Shown: piece by piece, positions 24,590 to 37,724 of the stretch | How the letters are laid out: each line of letters begins with the position of its first letter | Position numbering within the stretch: position 1 is the stretch's first letter | Origin: Mobula hypostoma | Taxonomy: Eukaryota | Reading direction: 5' to 3' | Assembly: GCF_963921235.1 (NCBI RefSeq) | Contig: NC_086097.1 | Coordinates: 184,576,001-184,640,000, forward strand | DNA length: 64,000 nt | Notes under the pieces: model-generated | Told to the model about the DNA's origin: nothing | Database searches by the model: none | Seen by the model: the letters and a program-made list of their open reading frames with translations, nothing else | Made by a program: the position numbers and the translations under genes

Positions 24590-24955
24590 TTTATTTGGAG
24601 TGTTTTGAACAGTGCTCAGCAGAAAATGAAATTGCAACTCTGAAAGTGGCAAATATATTCATCATATTTTGGGCCTGACAGCTTTCACATTTAAAACATA
24701 AGAAACAGTTTGCATTGTTGTTACCAGAAGGAAGGAAAAACTCTTCCTGACAATATTGTTGCATTGAACCATCTGGAAAGCTCACTGTAATTTTGGTGTG
24801 ATCCTAGATAATGCCTTCTGAGATCAGTTTGCCTGGGGTCTCTGCGGGGAAGCTTATCACAAGCAGCTGTTGTCACAAGAGGATTTGACTCTTAAGTCGG
24901 CCTGTGATATTACACTACCTTTGGAACTTTGCTGTAAGGACATGAAGGAATTAGT
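24590..24955 (+). mobile_element. Ancient Gypsy gag remnant
   Basis: Manual translation HCNFGVILDNAF*DQFAWGLCGEAYHKQLLSQEDLTLKSACDITLPLEL fits the Gypsy gag pattern LRDQFV.GL....IQK.LL.E.DLTL..A..IA. Confidence 0.65.
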
Positions 24956-25299
24956 GCACACTCTGACCCAACCTGAGGTACTGTTGAAAGAGACTATTCT
25001 GTCCCAGAGGCAACGCAGTTGCCAAAATGTGATGTGATCTTTCTCCATTTCGTCAGCAAACACAGGACCCTCAGAAGCATATTCCTAAAACAATTACCAT
25101 ATAATACAAACAAGCATGTGACTATTGCAGTGGAAATCTCCAGCTAATTCCCTATGGGATTTTTTAATTCAGGAAAGTTGCCAAAATGAGGGGAAAATAA
25201 ATTACCTACAAGAGAACCAACTGCAAAACATACTGCTCATGTAAGGTACTTGACATACCAAAATGAACACTGAAACAGAGAAAGAACAATTTATGTTAT

Positions 25300-26160
25300 T
25301 AACTGCCCGGATGATTCAGGGGAATGGTGATAGAATATACCTCCAGATGGACTTGGCTGGAAAATCAGTAAGCATGCGGCTGGATACCAGAGCACCAATA
25401 TTATCTGTACCAGGGCAACAGAAAGGGATAAGGATTTAACTTCAGACGACATGGAATGAATTGAAAGGATGGGTGGGGACACAGGAGGGAAGGTATTATA
25501 TTTGAATGAAAACACTATATGAAATAAGGTAAATATTGTACAGTTAGAAATTGGGAAGTATGACATTGTGGGCATCACAGGGTGATGGTTGAAAGAAGAA
25601 CTGGGTGATTGACATCCAAGGATACACATCGTATCGATAGGACAGGCAGGTGGGCAGAAGGTATGGCATGTCTTCGTTAGGACCAAATTCTTAGAAAGAA
25701 ATGATGTAGGATCAGAAGATGTAGAACTCATGTGAGTACAGTTGAGAAACTGCAAGGCTAAAGAGACCCCAGTGGGAATTATATATAGGCCTCTGAACAG
25801 TGGCCATGATGAGGGGTACAAGTTACAATGGGAGATGGTAAAAGGCAGGTGAAAAAGGGCAATGTTATGGTGGTCGTGGGGGATTTCAATATGTAGGTAG
25901 TTTGAGAAAATCAGGTCAGAGCTGAGACTGGAGCAAGAAAAGGAATTTGTAGAATGCCTGTGAGATGGCCTTATTGCACAATTTGTGGTTGAGCCTACTA
26001 GGTAAAAGGCAGTTCTGGATTGGGTGTTGTGTAATGAACCAGATCTGATTAGGGAGCTTAAGTTAAAGGAACTATTAGGAGACAGTGATCAAAATATGAT
26101 AGAAATCACCCTGCAGTTTGAGAGGAAGAAGCTAAAATTGGATGTATCAGTATTACAGCT
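25300..26160 (+). mobile_element. CR1 LINE endonuclease fragment, decayed
   Basis: Similar to 12100-13070 (YDIV, IYRP, GDFN, EPTR). Confidence 0.85.
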
Positions 26161-26164
26161 ATGT

Positions 26165-26715
26165 GCCAGTGCTTCTATCTTCTTAGGATGTTAAGGAGGT
26201 TCAGTTTGTCACTAAACACTCTAACAAACTTCTGAAGATGTGCTATTGAAAGTGTCCTGACTGGCTGCATCATAACCTGGTACGGTAACTCAAATATGCA
26301 AGAATGTAATAAGCTGCAGAGAGTAGTGAATTCTGTCCAATACAACAGCATGGGCATATATACCTCCCCACTACTGGTACTATGTGCAGTAGTATTTAAT
26401 GCCTCAAGAAGGCAACTCCGATCATCAAAGACCCTCACCATCAGGGCCATGCCATCTTTTTGTAGCTACCATTGGGAACACCATCCTACCATTAGCAGCA
26501 TCATAACCACTTTGATCACTTTTCACCAAAAAGGAATTTGTTTTTTAAGTTCTCTTGTTTTCTTGTAAAAACTTTGTATATTCTATGTCTAATTTATGTT
26601 TTGCATGTGAATGCTGGTTACATGTATTGCAATGTGCCTGTGCTGCTGCTGCTACGATTAAGTTTTATTTGCCAGTGCGCATATGACAATAAACTCAACA
26701 TTGACTTTGACTTTG
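26165..26715 (+). mobile_element. Rex1-type LINE 3' end
   Basis: IESVLTGCIITWYGN, LQRVVNS; tail gacaataaactc(ttgact)n. Confidence 0.85.
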
Positions 26716-27549
26716 AGAAACAGAGTTGCCATTGAAATAAATTTTAAGAAGTTGATAACATTTCATCTGAACTGTAAACCGGTTCTTCTGCAATGGGTCA
26801 ATCATCATTTTCATCATGGGTTTCATTGGGCCTGAGGTCCAAATCACCAAGTTCTACTTGCTTGGTCTTACCCAAAAAAGGCCTTTATTGTACCAATACA
26901 GAGTGTGCAAAGGGGTCAGTTAAGTTGTGAGCTGGTGCGAGGCCAAGTGCAGAGATGCCCAATAGTCGGGAGGGATAGGATCCTGGACTGGAAGATTATA
27001 AGAATGCCAATTGGCAGGATTGATGGGGGTTGGGCTGTGTGCTGGTATGTCTGGGTCCTGCAACTGAAAGAAGGCAGTGTGCAGGGGACTGCTGAAATTG
27101 GCAACTCCGGATCTGTGCTCTGAGATCACTGGGTTGGGGATTGGTTTACGTAACGGTTGCCTCGCCAGAGGACAGGAGGGTCGGGGGTTGAAAATAACTA
27201 GACGTTGACGGGTGGCGAGGGTTGTGGGCTTGATGGGTGCATGGGCAGGAGTAAATGGTAAGGAGCAGGCAAAGGACCTGCTTGAGTCAGGTTTCAGTGC
27301 TGGGGAGCTACTCAATGAAACACCTTTAAAGAATGGAGAAAGGAAATGGAAAGGACAGACATGCACTTGAATAATATGAACTAAATTCATTTAGCAGCAC
27401 TGGTTTCAACATTACTATTTCCTCACTGGCCACAGAAAATGGATCATCCATTGAAATACAACCTGCATTCAAAGAGTAGTTCATTAAATTTATGTTCTAG
27501 TGCGTAATTTAATTCTAAAAACAAAAGAAGTGAACTCTCGGAAACATCT

Positions 27550-27830
27550 AGGCATGGCTAATGTTTATTGCCCTTGAACTGAGGATATTTAAGAGTCAGT
27601 CACACTGGTGGGTCCAGAGTCACATGTATGTCTGATTGGGTCAGGATCACCGATTGTCTTCCCTCAGGGACAAGAGCGAATCAGATCGCTTTTAACCACA
27701 ATCCAGCTCTTTGATGAGCATCAACACTAATGATTCAGTTCCTACCCCACCCAATTCTAAATAATTAACTGAATTTAAATTCCCCAGCTGCCATTAGAGG
27801 ATTGGAATTTGGCCTCTGGATTACTTCTTC
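27550..27830 (-). mobile_element. Old elasmobranch-type SINE
   Basis: gtgggtcc.gagtcacatgta ... gaatttaaattccccagctgcc ... cctctggattact, recognised from memory of shark SINEs. Confidence 0.5.
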
Positions 27831-28879
27831 AGCAATTAAGTTGCTGCAGCTGTGTGTAAAACTTCCTCCAGTAAGAGCTCTACTTGCTTGTTTTATGTTA
27901 GGCAATAATGTCACACATGTGATACTTCCCATTACATCAGTCACTTTTTTAAATTCTCAGCTCACAGTTTGTATATTTTTTTGGTGGTCACTTTCTTTTA
28001 AATATATTTTCATTACAAGACTAGTTTTATAGAAAGGGGTGTTATATGACTGACTCTCCGGACAAGCAGTGTTGGCAATATAGTACTCCTTCAGAATCAT
28101 AATTATTTGCCTCAGAATAGCAGTGCAACTTGAATAATTGACAACTATCTCCATCTTTTTTTCTTTTTTCTTTCCTTCTCTCTCCCTCTCTCTCCCTCTC
28201 ATCTATTAATTGAATCTCTTTTGCTTAAATATAAAAGGATATCAAAATCTGCTCCTGATAATCTGCTACCTCAAGTAAATCTGCTTAATGTGTGAGAGAA
28301 ATGTGTTTTTATTTTGCAAGCAGAGATCTCAGAAAATATAACAATTACCCCAGTGTTCCATTATCACATCTGGCACATGCCTACCCTTGCAGAGTGCGGT
28401 CAGAGTGAAACAATATGGAAGCAGGCCTTTTGTCTGCACTCAGTAGGAAGCACTAACACTATTCCTATTTTGATTTTTATTTTATTCTCTCCACATTCCT
28501 ATCAGCTCCCCATCCCCAAGCTCTCCATGGAGTCACACACTAGGAGCAATTTACAGGTGCCATGATCTGCAGTCGTATTATGGGATGTGGAAGGAAACAC
28601 ATGCAGTTGCAGGGAGAATGCACAAACTCTAACTCAACATCAGAAGTCAAGGTTATACTCAGTTTGCTCTAACAGCAGCACCACAGTGCCACCCGTAAAT
28701 CTATCAGGCTGTCTAGCCAGCTAAAAGTGTACAGGAATATATAGTTCTGATGCAGATGCAGAAGTGCATGGGACAAGGTAGTTTGAGGTATTTATGCAGG
28801 AGTGCATCAAGAGTGCACTAGGACCTAATGGGAATATAAAAGCATAACACTCGATGTAGCATTAACCTACCATAACAAT

Positions 28880-29480
28880 CAGGATCACCCTCGGTGGCCA
28901 GCCATTTTGATTCCATTTCCCATTTGCACATTGACATGTTTGTCCATAGTCTCCTTGAGTGCCAAGCTGGGACTAGACAGAGATTACAGGAACAAAACCT
29001 CATATTCTGTCTCATATTTTTCCCCAATATGATGCCACCAGCAACACTTTCTCTAACTTCTGACAACCACGTCCCTCTTTTCAATGCTTCATTCATTTTC
29101 CTTTATCCCTCTGGCCTCATTACTCTTTCTCTTCCCCCTCACAACCTGCCAATGAACCTCACCTTCCTCCTTCTGATTCCCCACTCCTTCTCTTTATTCC
29201 ATGGTCTACTGTCCTCTCCTATCAGATTCCATCCTTTTAAGCCTTTTGCCTCAACCCCTTATCACCTTTCAGCTTCTCACATCATTCTGACATCCCATTC
29301 CCCCACTCTACCCATCTTCCCCCTCTCATTACTCTTTTATTCTGGGTTCTGCCCTCTTTCATCCAGTCTTGATGAAGTCTTATTGGCCTGACTCTTCATT
29401 TCCCTCCACAGATGCTGCCTGTTGAGTTCTTCCAACATTTTGGGTGTTCTTCATATTTCCAGCATCTACAGTCTTGTATC
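28880..29480 (+). mobile_element. Penelope-like 3' fragment, old
   Basis: VASHFDS..H.H.DM.VH.LL...EQNLIF; degenerate hammerhead at ~29366. Confidence 0.75.
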
Positions 29481-30678
29481 CCTAGTGCAACATTTTCTGC
29501 AACTCAAATTATTTATTGTCAACTCCCATACTACTTTGCTGTTTGTGGACATTATTGTAATATGAAGCTCAGCATATGCAAGCAAACACTTGCAAAATTC
29601 TGTTCTCTGGATTTGAGAATTTTCCAGGAACATCCATTTCTTTCAACTTACAGAGGCAGAATCTGCCTTTACAATGTTAATGGTGGGTCCACCGCTAATT
29701 TCTTCAAGATGAAATTTTAATTAGAACACCACATTTTATTATATGTAAAGCATCCTTTAGAAAGAGTTCTACTTGGTTCCTCTTACCTTTGTCGATGAAG
29801 TCACACATCCCATTATGATAGTCAATATTTCTTGGTCATTTTGCTTGTTTTTTGTTTATTTTATGATTATTGGTTCATTTAAATGGTTTTGATCAGAATA
29901 AATACAAAATTGAAATTGAATACAGATTACAGCATATTCTTAATTTTATACAAAATTTTAAAAAGTTAAATTAAGGCAAAGGAATGCTGTGTGTTAATAA
30001 CCCAAGCCTGTAGCATAGTTTCAAACTCTGATTACATTAATTCATTGCCTAACTACCTTTGTTCCCTCGGGGCCTCCTCAGTACTGAATACCTGACCTCA
30101 TTCTGCCACTGATTGACCTATCTGCTCACTAATATGCCCTTGTGTGTGAAAAGCCAGTTTAGCTCTTCATGGGATCAATGAATACAGTGAAAAGGACTGA
30201 ACTGCCCCAAAGTTACTTCCCCATCACACTTGTCAAGTAACACGCTGAAGAAAAGACTGCTAACAAATAACGATGTGTAAAAGGCTTCAATTTTATTTAA
30301 AATGAGCCAAAAGCTGTAAAAAAAATGCTAACCATTAAATTTTCTTTGGAATTGCAAGAATATAGCTATAGAATATAGTTATAGAATACATATTCTACAT
30401 ATCTACAAATTTCACAGTCTATTACAAAATAAAATTATCAAGATCTTCAAATAATGAAATATTGATAATGTTTTCATTTGTGGATCATGATGTTGTTAAA
30501 TCCTTTAACGATTTCTGGAATATATGATGAACTTATATGTGAAATGGCACATTTATAAGATCTTTACATTTTCAAATCTGCTTTAAATTTGCATTGCAAA
30601 TAAGAAGAAAATTGTTGGTCATTTTATAGAGATATAACTAACATTATATACTAATAATTACACAGCTAAGTACAGCAA

Positions 30679-31268
30679 GATTAGATGAGTTTATTTATCA
30701 CAGTACAACTCTGCCATGGATGTTCTCAAGCTTGGTTGTGAAAAGAGGAGTGTTGGGCTTGGGGCTAGCAACCCTATCTTGTAAAAACCCAGATCGACAG
30801 AAACATCAACAGAAGTTCCAAGGTCCTCGTTCCTGTGAAAGGAAACATCTTCGCCAAGAAGTCGTATGAAGTCTTGTGAAAGCAGAAGCCACAGGGCCGA
30901 TCGACCTTGGGCTCAGGACTGAGGACTCTGGTGAGCTGCTGTCTGTGGTCGGGGCTTAAGAAGATTTGTCACTGTACATTGAAACATCAAAACATATAGT
31001 GAAATGAATCATTTGCATCAAATCAAATCAACAAGGTTTGTGCTCGGGGACAGCCTGCAGGTGTTGCCATGTTTCCAGCTCACAATGTACTGACCCTAAC
31101 CCATACATCTTTTAAACGTGGGAGGAAACTGGAGCACCCGGAGGAAACCTACACAATCACAGAGTGAATATACCTGTTCCTTACAGGCAGTGGTTGGAAT
31201 TGAACCTGAATCGGTGATTGCTGGTACTGTTAAGTGATGTGCTAACTGCTACATGACCATGGTGCCCA
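30679..31268 (-). mobile_element. V-SINE with LINE-derived tail, interrupted by an insertion
   Basis: V-domain at 31118-31190; tRNA-like head near 31200-31265. Confidence 0.75.
30708..30963 (+). mobile_element. RTE-derived bipartite non-autonomous element
   Basis: RTE 5'-UTR-like gttgggcttggggctagcaaccctatcttgtaaaaa and cttaagaag tail; 15-bp TSD with 2 mismatches (30693-30707 / 30964-30978). Confidence 0.6.
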
Positions 31269-33829
31269 CAGGTAACTTGGCAAATCATCTAAATGCATTA
31301 GAATAAATTTTGGGGCTTTTCGGAGGTAATCTTCTGCCTCTAAACTGCTTCCTAAATGTTATATCCAGATATTTTGACAATTAGCCTGCCAATAACAAAA
31401 CATTAAAGTAGTTCAATATCTTCCTATTATGATTGTGTCTAGATTAGATTTCAATGTTCTGTAAATACAATATTTCACAGAACACAATACATTATATTTT
31501 GTCAGGAATTGCCAACTATTACAGGAAAGATAATCTGCAGAAAAAAGCCAATGTGTGCAAACAAATTAAATAATCAGATTAGTTTGTCGTTAATAATAAA
31601 CATCATGAAAATATGTTCGTAATGATAGAAAGCCAATGTAACAACCAAAATGACGTTATTTATGTTGTCAAAATGAAAATATGAAGAATCGATTTTTTTA
31701 GTTTTATATCCATATTGTGTACATTTGCAAATGCATGCTAAAGTGTTTTCTATTGAGTTATTGAGCTTCTGAAGCTATCTAGGTAACATTGTGTTGTTCA
31801 GTATTAATTAACATTTGTAGTACTTGAATATTCTGGCAAGACGAAACCAAGAAAGATTAATTGAACAATTAAGATATTGATCTTCTAGATTTTTCAGGGA
31901 GATTGGCACTGTTCGCTTTCAACTAGTGATAACTGGATTTATTCTCCAGAGAGGATTCCTGTGATTCTTGTGTTAACTCTGTGTGTACCTTTGGTTGAAA
32001 CTGATTATATTAGACTCTTGGGAAAATGTCTCATATGTTGCCATGTGTACTTTTAATTATGAATAATTAAGCAGGACAAGTAAAGGCTAATTTTCTGATT
32101 GTGGTTAAAAGGTAATTATATCTTGTAATAACTTTGGTTGGAGGTAGGTGTGGGAAGATCTGATCAATTGATTACTACATGGTAAATTATATAGAAGCCA
32201 AAATTAAGAGCTATTATTTTCAATCTAAGGATGGGCTACCTCTAGATTTTCATGCTATTGTAAAGAATAAGGAGCCTAATAGTATGACTGAATTTGTTGT
32301 TTGATTAATTCAGTAAATCTACTTCTTCATATTAAGATGAAGGCAAATCAGTTAATGTACTGTCATTAGTAAAATGACAGGTGTTCAGTCAGTTGACACA
32401 TTGACAGATATTGTTGAGGTTTAGATCTGTGGCTGCCCACCAGTTTGAAGAGGTCAGAGTAACGATAGGGAGGTGAGGTTAATATTAAATATTTTGAGAA
32501 ATAAGTTAGCTTTTCCAAAGATCTGGAATATGATAATCCACAAGATCAATAAAATGGCCTTTATTTTACTAGATAATTTTGGATTGTGTGGCATCTTTTG
32601 GGAATCACTGTAATGAAATTTTACACCGATGCCTGTATGCTCTCAGAACAGAAATAGTAGTTGGAGTTCTTTAGAGAGTTACTGCAGCTGCATTTCAATC
32701 GTCACACACAACATTGCTTGTTGGAGGTCAGAATGATTGGCTTAATCTTGGGTTCTTCCTCCTTTCTTTAAAGAATATAATAGTGTTTCTATTGACACAT
32801 TTGGTCTTTACCACAAATGAGTAGACAGATGAACTCTGTCAAGCCTCACTGAATGAGTAATTCTGAGGCTGGTTGCGAATTTAAACTTGATTAATGATTT
32901 GTGGATATTTCTTCTGGGTGTTCCATATTTGTGCTTAAATGACTTGTTCTTACTAATATCAAATTACTTGACTTGCCTTTAATGAATGCTGATGCCCTTT
33001 TCCATTGGAATGCTTTAAACCAGCATCTGGATCACAGCTTAGAAAAGAAATCTGTAGCTGGGCTAAAGATAGGATGAGGATTCCTTTGCTTATTTTGTAA
33101 AGCATTTTAAGAGATGGCGTAGTTGTAAACAGACGTTTCATCAGTTTCTTTACTATAAGGCAGGCTGATGAGCAACGCCACTGACCAGGAAAGTTAATAT
33201 TCATCTTTGGTTGCATGTGTTATATGTACAATATAGTAACTGAAGTGTGTTGTGTTTGAAGCACGCAATTAAAATGAATTTCTAACCTTGTAGACTTTAG
33301 TTTCCTCTGTGATGTCTTTTGTATAATTGCCATGAATTAGTATCCATTTCAAGTTTTTCCAATGAATATCTTGCAGCACAGATGTTACCCAGCAGGCAGA
33401 TTTTTAAAAATACTCAAATCCTGTCAAATATACTTAATACAAGATTAATGCATAAACCTGGCATATACCTATAAGAGTTTGGTAGTTCCTATTTATAGCA
33501 GTTTTGATGCAGATTGAAAGTGAGGAATCACAAACGTTAATTGTGCTATTAAAGTAAATTGCACATAGAATCAGGAAATGAAGGCTGAAAATAGCGCAAT
33601 GTCATCAAATGATGGAGACTCATTCGCACAATAGTGAGGCACATGGTCAGTTAAGATGTGAACAAATACATTTTGCAAGTTTCTCTGAGAACATTACAAA
33701 CAACTGCATGCTGAGATTACCTGTAGATGCAAATAAGCCAGTCGCTTTTATACCAATCCAGATGTGTTCATACTTTCTCTTCTTTGCTGTGTGCCAATCT
33801 AAATAAGACCAACTTTATGAAACAAGGTT

Positions 33830-34912
33830 TGATAAACAAGAGCCCACGGGATTATAGGAAAGATATTAGCATAGATGAAGATTGGCTGACTGGCAGGAGG
33901 CAAGAATGGGAATAAAGTGGGCCTTTTCTAGTTGTTGCTGGTGACGAGTGATGTGTTGCAGGGGTTGTTGTTGGGACAGCTTCTTTTCATTTTATATGTC
34001 AATGATTTGGATGATGGTATTGATGACTTTGTGACCCAGATTGCAGACAATATGAAGGCAGGTGGAGCGGCAGGTAGTGTTGAGGAAGCAGGGAGCCTCC
34101 AGAGCGATTTAGACATATTAGAAGAATGGGCAAAGAAGTGGCAGATGGAATACCATATAAGGAAGTGTACGGTTATGCACTTTGGTAGAAAGAATAAAGG
34201 CATCTGTTCAAAGTGGAGAACATTCAAAAACATGCAAAGGGACTTGGGAGTCCTCATGCAGGATTCCCTAAGTGTTAATTTGCAGGTTGAGTCAGTGGTG
34301 ATAAAGAAAAATGCAAGGTTAGCATTCATTTCGAGAGGACTAGAATATAAAAGCAATGTAATGCTGAGTCTTTTTAAAGCATTGGTCAGACTACACTTGG
34401 AGTACTATGAGTAATTTTGGGCCCCTTCTCTCAATAAAGATGTACTGGTATTGCCAAAGGTCCAGAAGAAGAGTGATTCTGAAATTGAAAGAGTCAATGT
34501 ATGAGGAGCATTTGATGACTCTGGGTGTTGTACTCAATGGATTTTAGCAGAATGAGGGGGATCTGATTAAAACCTATCAAATATTGAAAGGCCTAGATAG
34601 AGCAGATGTGGAGAGGACAGTGGGAGGGTTTCAGACCAGAGGCCACAGCCTCAAAATGGAGAGATGTCTCTTTAGAACTGATAAGAGCAGGAATTTCTTT
34701 AGGCGGACAGCGGTGAATCTGTCGAATACATTGTCACAAATAGCAGTGGAGACAAGTGGGGGTTGATATGCTCTTGATTAATAAAGGTTTCAAAGGTTAC
34801 GGGGAGAAGGCAGGAGAATGGAATTGAGGGGGATAATAAATCAGCCGTGATAGAATGGTGGAGCAAACTTAATGGGCTGGATGGCCTAAATCTGCTTCTG
34901 TGTCTTCTGGTC
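33830..34912 (+). mobile_element. CR1 LINE RT/3' part
   Basis: ORF 33932-34414 VTSDVLQG...YVNDLDDG...LVRLHLEY. Confidence 0.9.
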
Positions 34913-35658
34913 CTATTTGTTTCTGAACAGTAACATCGGGACTCCTAATCCCATGTCATGGAATGCAGATAACTCCATAGAGAATGAGTAGCAGAAGTTG
35001 TTTGGCTTTTATAAAAATTGACGTACATCATAAGAGGAAGTAACTCGATGAATTTGTGTAATGTGTAGATTGGATAGGGGTAGTTGCCATTTTGACATTT
35101 CATTTTGCTAAGAACAAAACTGCCATAAAATGTGGAATGAGATTGATATTGGAACAGATTTAAGATACTGGTTCTATTTTCACAGAAAAAAAGGAAGTTC
35201 AAAAGGAAATAAAATATTTGGTAGCTTAAAGATTTCCACCAAGTCACATGTGAAACTACTCTGTATCTCATAAACCTGAGTTGTTAGAATATTATTACTC
35301 ACTTCTCATGTACTAGCTGCAGTCATAATAATGATAGTACTAGAAGTAGTAGTACTTGTTGTAGTAGCCACAGTTTTAACTGTGGCTCTCTGTGGCAGTG
35401 CAACATTCATACAGGGTATGTCTACAAAGCCGAAGGTCGAAGTCTAGAGCTTGGCGAGTTTGGAGGTAGAAAGCCCGAGAGATTGCAGACCAAAGTTGAT
35501 ATGTCTGGAGGTAGAGGCCTGAAGGCTGAATCAGGCCAGGCCTGATGTCATGAATCTGAGGCCAAGGACTGGAGGCCCTAAAGTGCCCTGTCTTGCGGTT
35601 GGAGGACTGTCTGTTTGTGTGAGGGTGGGTGCTTGGGAAGGGGGCTTGTTTATCTGTT

Positions 35659-35792
35659 GACAAAAGGAAGTCTGCAGATGCTGGAAATCTAAAGCAGTAC
35701 ACACAAAATGCTGGAAGAATACAGCAGGTCAGGCGGCATCTATGGAAATTAATAAACAGTCAAAGGTTTCAGGCCGAGATCCTTCTTCAGAA
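35659..35792 (-). mobile_element. Mini Penelope-derived insertion (hammerhead + 3' tail only)
   Basis: Flanked by CTGTTG repeats (35653-35658, 35793-35798); core CUGAAGA...GAAA. Confidence 0.65.
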
Positions 35793-35922
35793 CTGTTGCC
35801 CTGAACTGACCAGTACTGCTAGGCAAACACGAGGAATTCTGCAGATGCTGGAAATTCAAGCAACACACATCAAAATTGCTGGTGAACGCAGCAGGCCAGG
35901 CTGCATCTCTAGGAAGAGGTAC

Positions 35923-35958
35923 AGTCGACGTTTCAGGCTGAGACCCTTCGTCAGGACT
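35923..35958 (-). ncRNA. Minimal hammerhead ribozyme, intact core
   Basis: AGUC-CUGACGA-AGG GUCUCAG CCU-GAAA-CGUC-GACU; stems I and II pair; palindromic ACGU stem III. Confidence 0.85.
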
Positions 35959-36594
35959 AACTGAAGGAAGAGCTAGTAAGAGATTTGAAAGTGGGAGGGG
36001 GAGGGGGAGATCCAAAATGATAGGAGAAGACAGGAGGGGGAGGGATGGAGCCAAGAGCTGGACGGGTGATTGGCAAAAGGGATGTGAATGTGTGGCCACT
36101 GGGAGATCCACATATCAGAATGGGAATGGCCACACATTTTAATTACACATCCCATTCCCATTCTGATATGTCTATCCACGGTCTCCTCTACTGTAAAGAT
36201 GAAGCCACACTCAGGTTGGAGGAACAACACCTTATATTCCGTCTGGGTAGCCGCCAACCTGATGGCATGAATATTGACTTCTCTAACTTCCACTAATGCC
36301 CCACCTCCCCCTCGTACCCCATCAGTTATTTATTTATATACACACATTCTTTCTCTCTCTCTCCTTTTTCTCCCTCTGTCCCTCTGACCATAACCCTTGC
36401 CCATCCTCTGGTCTTTCCCCCACCTCCCCCTTTTCCTTCTCCCTGGGCCTCCTGTCCCATGATCCTCTCGTATCCCCTTTGCCAATCACCTGTCCAGCTC
36501 TTGGCTCCATCCTCCCCCTCCTGTCTTCTCCTAGCATTTTGGATCTCCCCCTCCCCTCCCACTTTCAAATCCCTTACTCACTCTTCCTTCAGTT

Positions 36595-36630
36595 AGTCCT
36601 GATGAAGGGTCTCAGCCTGAAATGTCGACT
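36595..36630 (+). ncRNA. Minimal hammerhead ribozyme
   Basis: AGUC-CUGAUGA-AGG GUCUCAG CCU-GAAA-UGUC-GACU. Confidence 0.75.
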
Positions 36631-37724
36631 GTACCTCTTCCTAGAGATGCTGCCTGGCCTGCTGCATTCACCAGTAACTTTGATGTGTGTTGCTAGTACT
36701 GCTAGGATTGTTTTTCTGTTGTCTTGTTTTGTTCTGTTGTTTCTGTTGCTACTTGTCTTGGACTACTGAACATTGTAGGGATGCTATATTGGGCAGCTAC
36801 GTGTACCGACACTTGAAGGATGCCCTCAGGTCTTTCATTACTTCTATTATGGTTATTGGATTGATTGAGTACGCCGGCAGGAAAATTGATTTCAGGGTTG
36901 TAAATAACACATACGTATTTTGATAATATATTTTGCTTGAACTTTCAACTTTTAACTTTACACCACAGCAATCCTTAAGGAGGCCATGGCTTACACAAGT
37001 TGGTGATATCTGATCCATACCTAGGATTTCATTATCATCATCGCTCCTTTTTTTACAAACTTGATAAAGGCTCTTGAATACCTCCAGTATCTGTCAAAGT
37101 GGAAATATTTGATACGCAAAGATTCCAAGATTCAAAGTACATTTCTTATCAAAGTACGTAAGCAGTATACAACCCTGAGATTTGTCTTCCTACAGACAGC
37201 CGCCAAACAAAGAAAAACATGGAAACTGTTCATAGAATAAACATCAACACCCCCCACTCCTCCTCCACGTGCAAAGAATTAGCAATTTATATCAAGCAAA
37301 TCATGGGATATTGTGCTCTGACAGGAGGGCTTCAGTTGAATTCAAAGTCTGTGGAGAGACAAACACAGTCTTCAGTGGAGGTTGATGACGTTTCATCAAA
37401 TCTATTCCATGAAGTGTGACTTAACTGAAATATTAACACTGTTTCTGTCCACAACTGCTGCCTAACTTCAGAGGATTCTCAGCACTTAATAAAACATAGA
37501 AGAGCAGAGCACAGGAACATGCACTTCAGCCCACAGTGTCTGTGCTGAGCATGATGCCAAATTAAATTAATTATTTTCTGCCTGTTTGTGATCTGTGTCA
37601 CTCCACTCCCTGCAATTCATGTGCTTATCTAAAATTCTCTTGAATAACATTTTCTGATTTTCTTCCTGATTTCCAGCATGTTCAATGGTAATTTCTTTTC
37701 ATTAAATTATGAAACACATAACTG

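Larger units (their letters stand above)
35824..36694. mobile_element. Head-to-head inverted Penelope insertion with 12-bp TSD
   Basis: Left arm minus strand, right arm plus strand; AGTACTGCTAGG at 35812-35823 and 36695-36706. Confidence 0.88.

Noticed and set aside
31898..32056. Plus-strand exon after ttttcag with a short open frame
   Set aside because: No recognisable protein and no convincing donor
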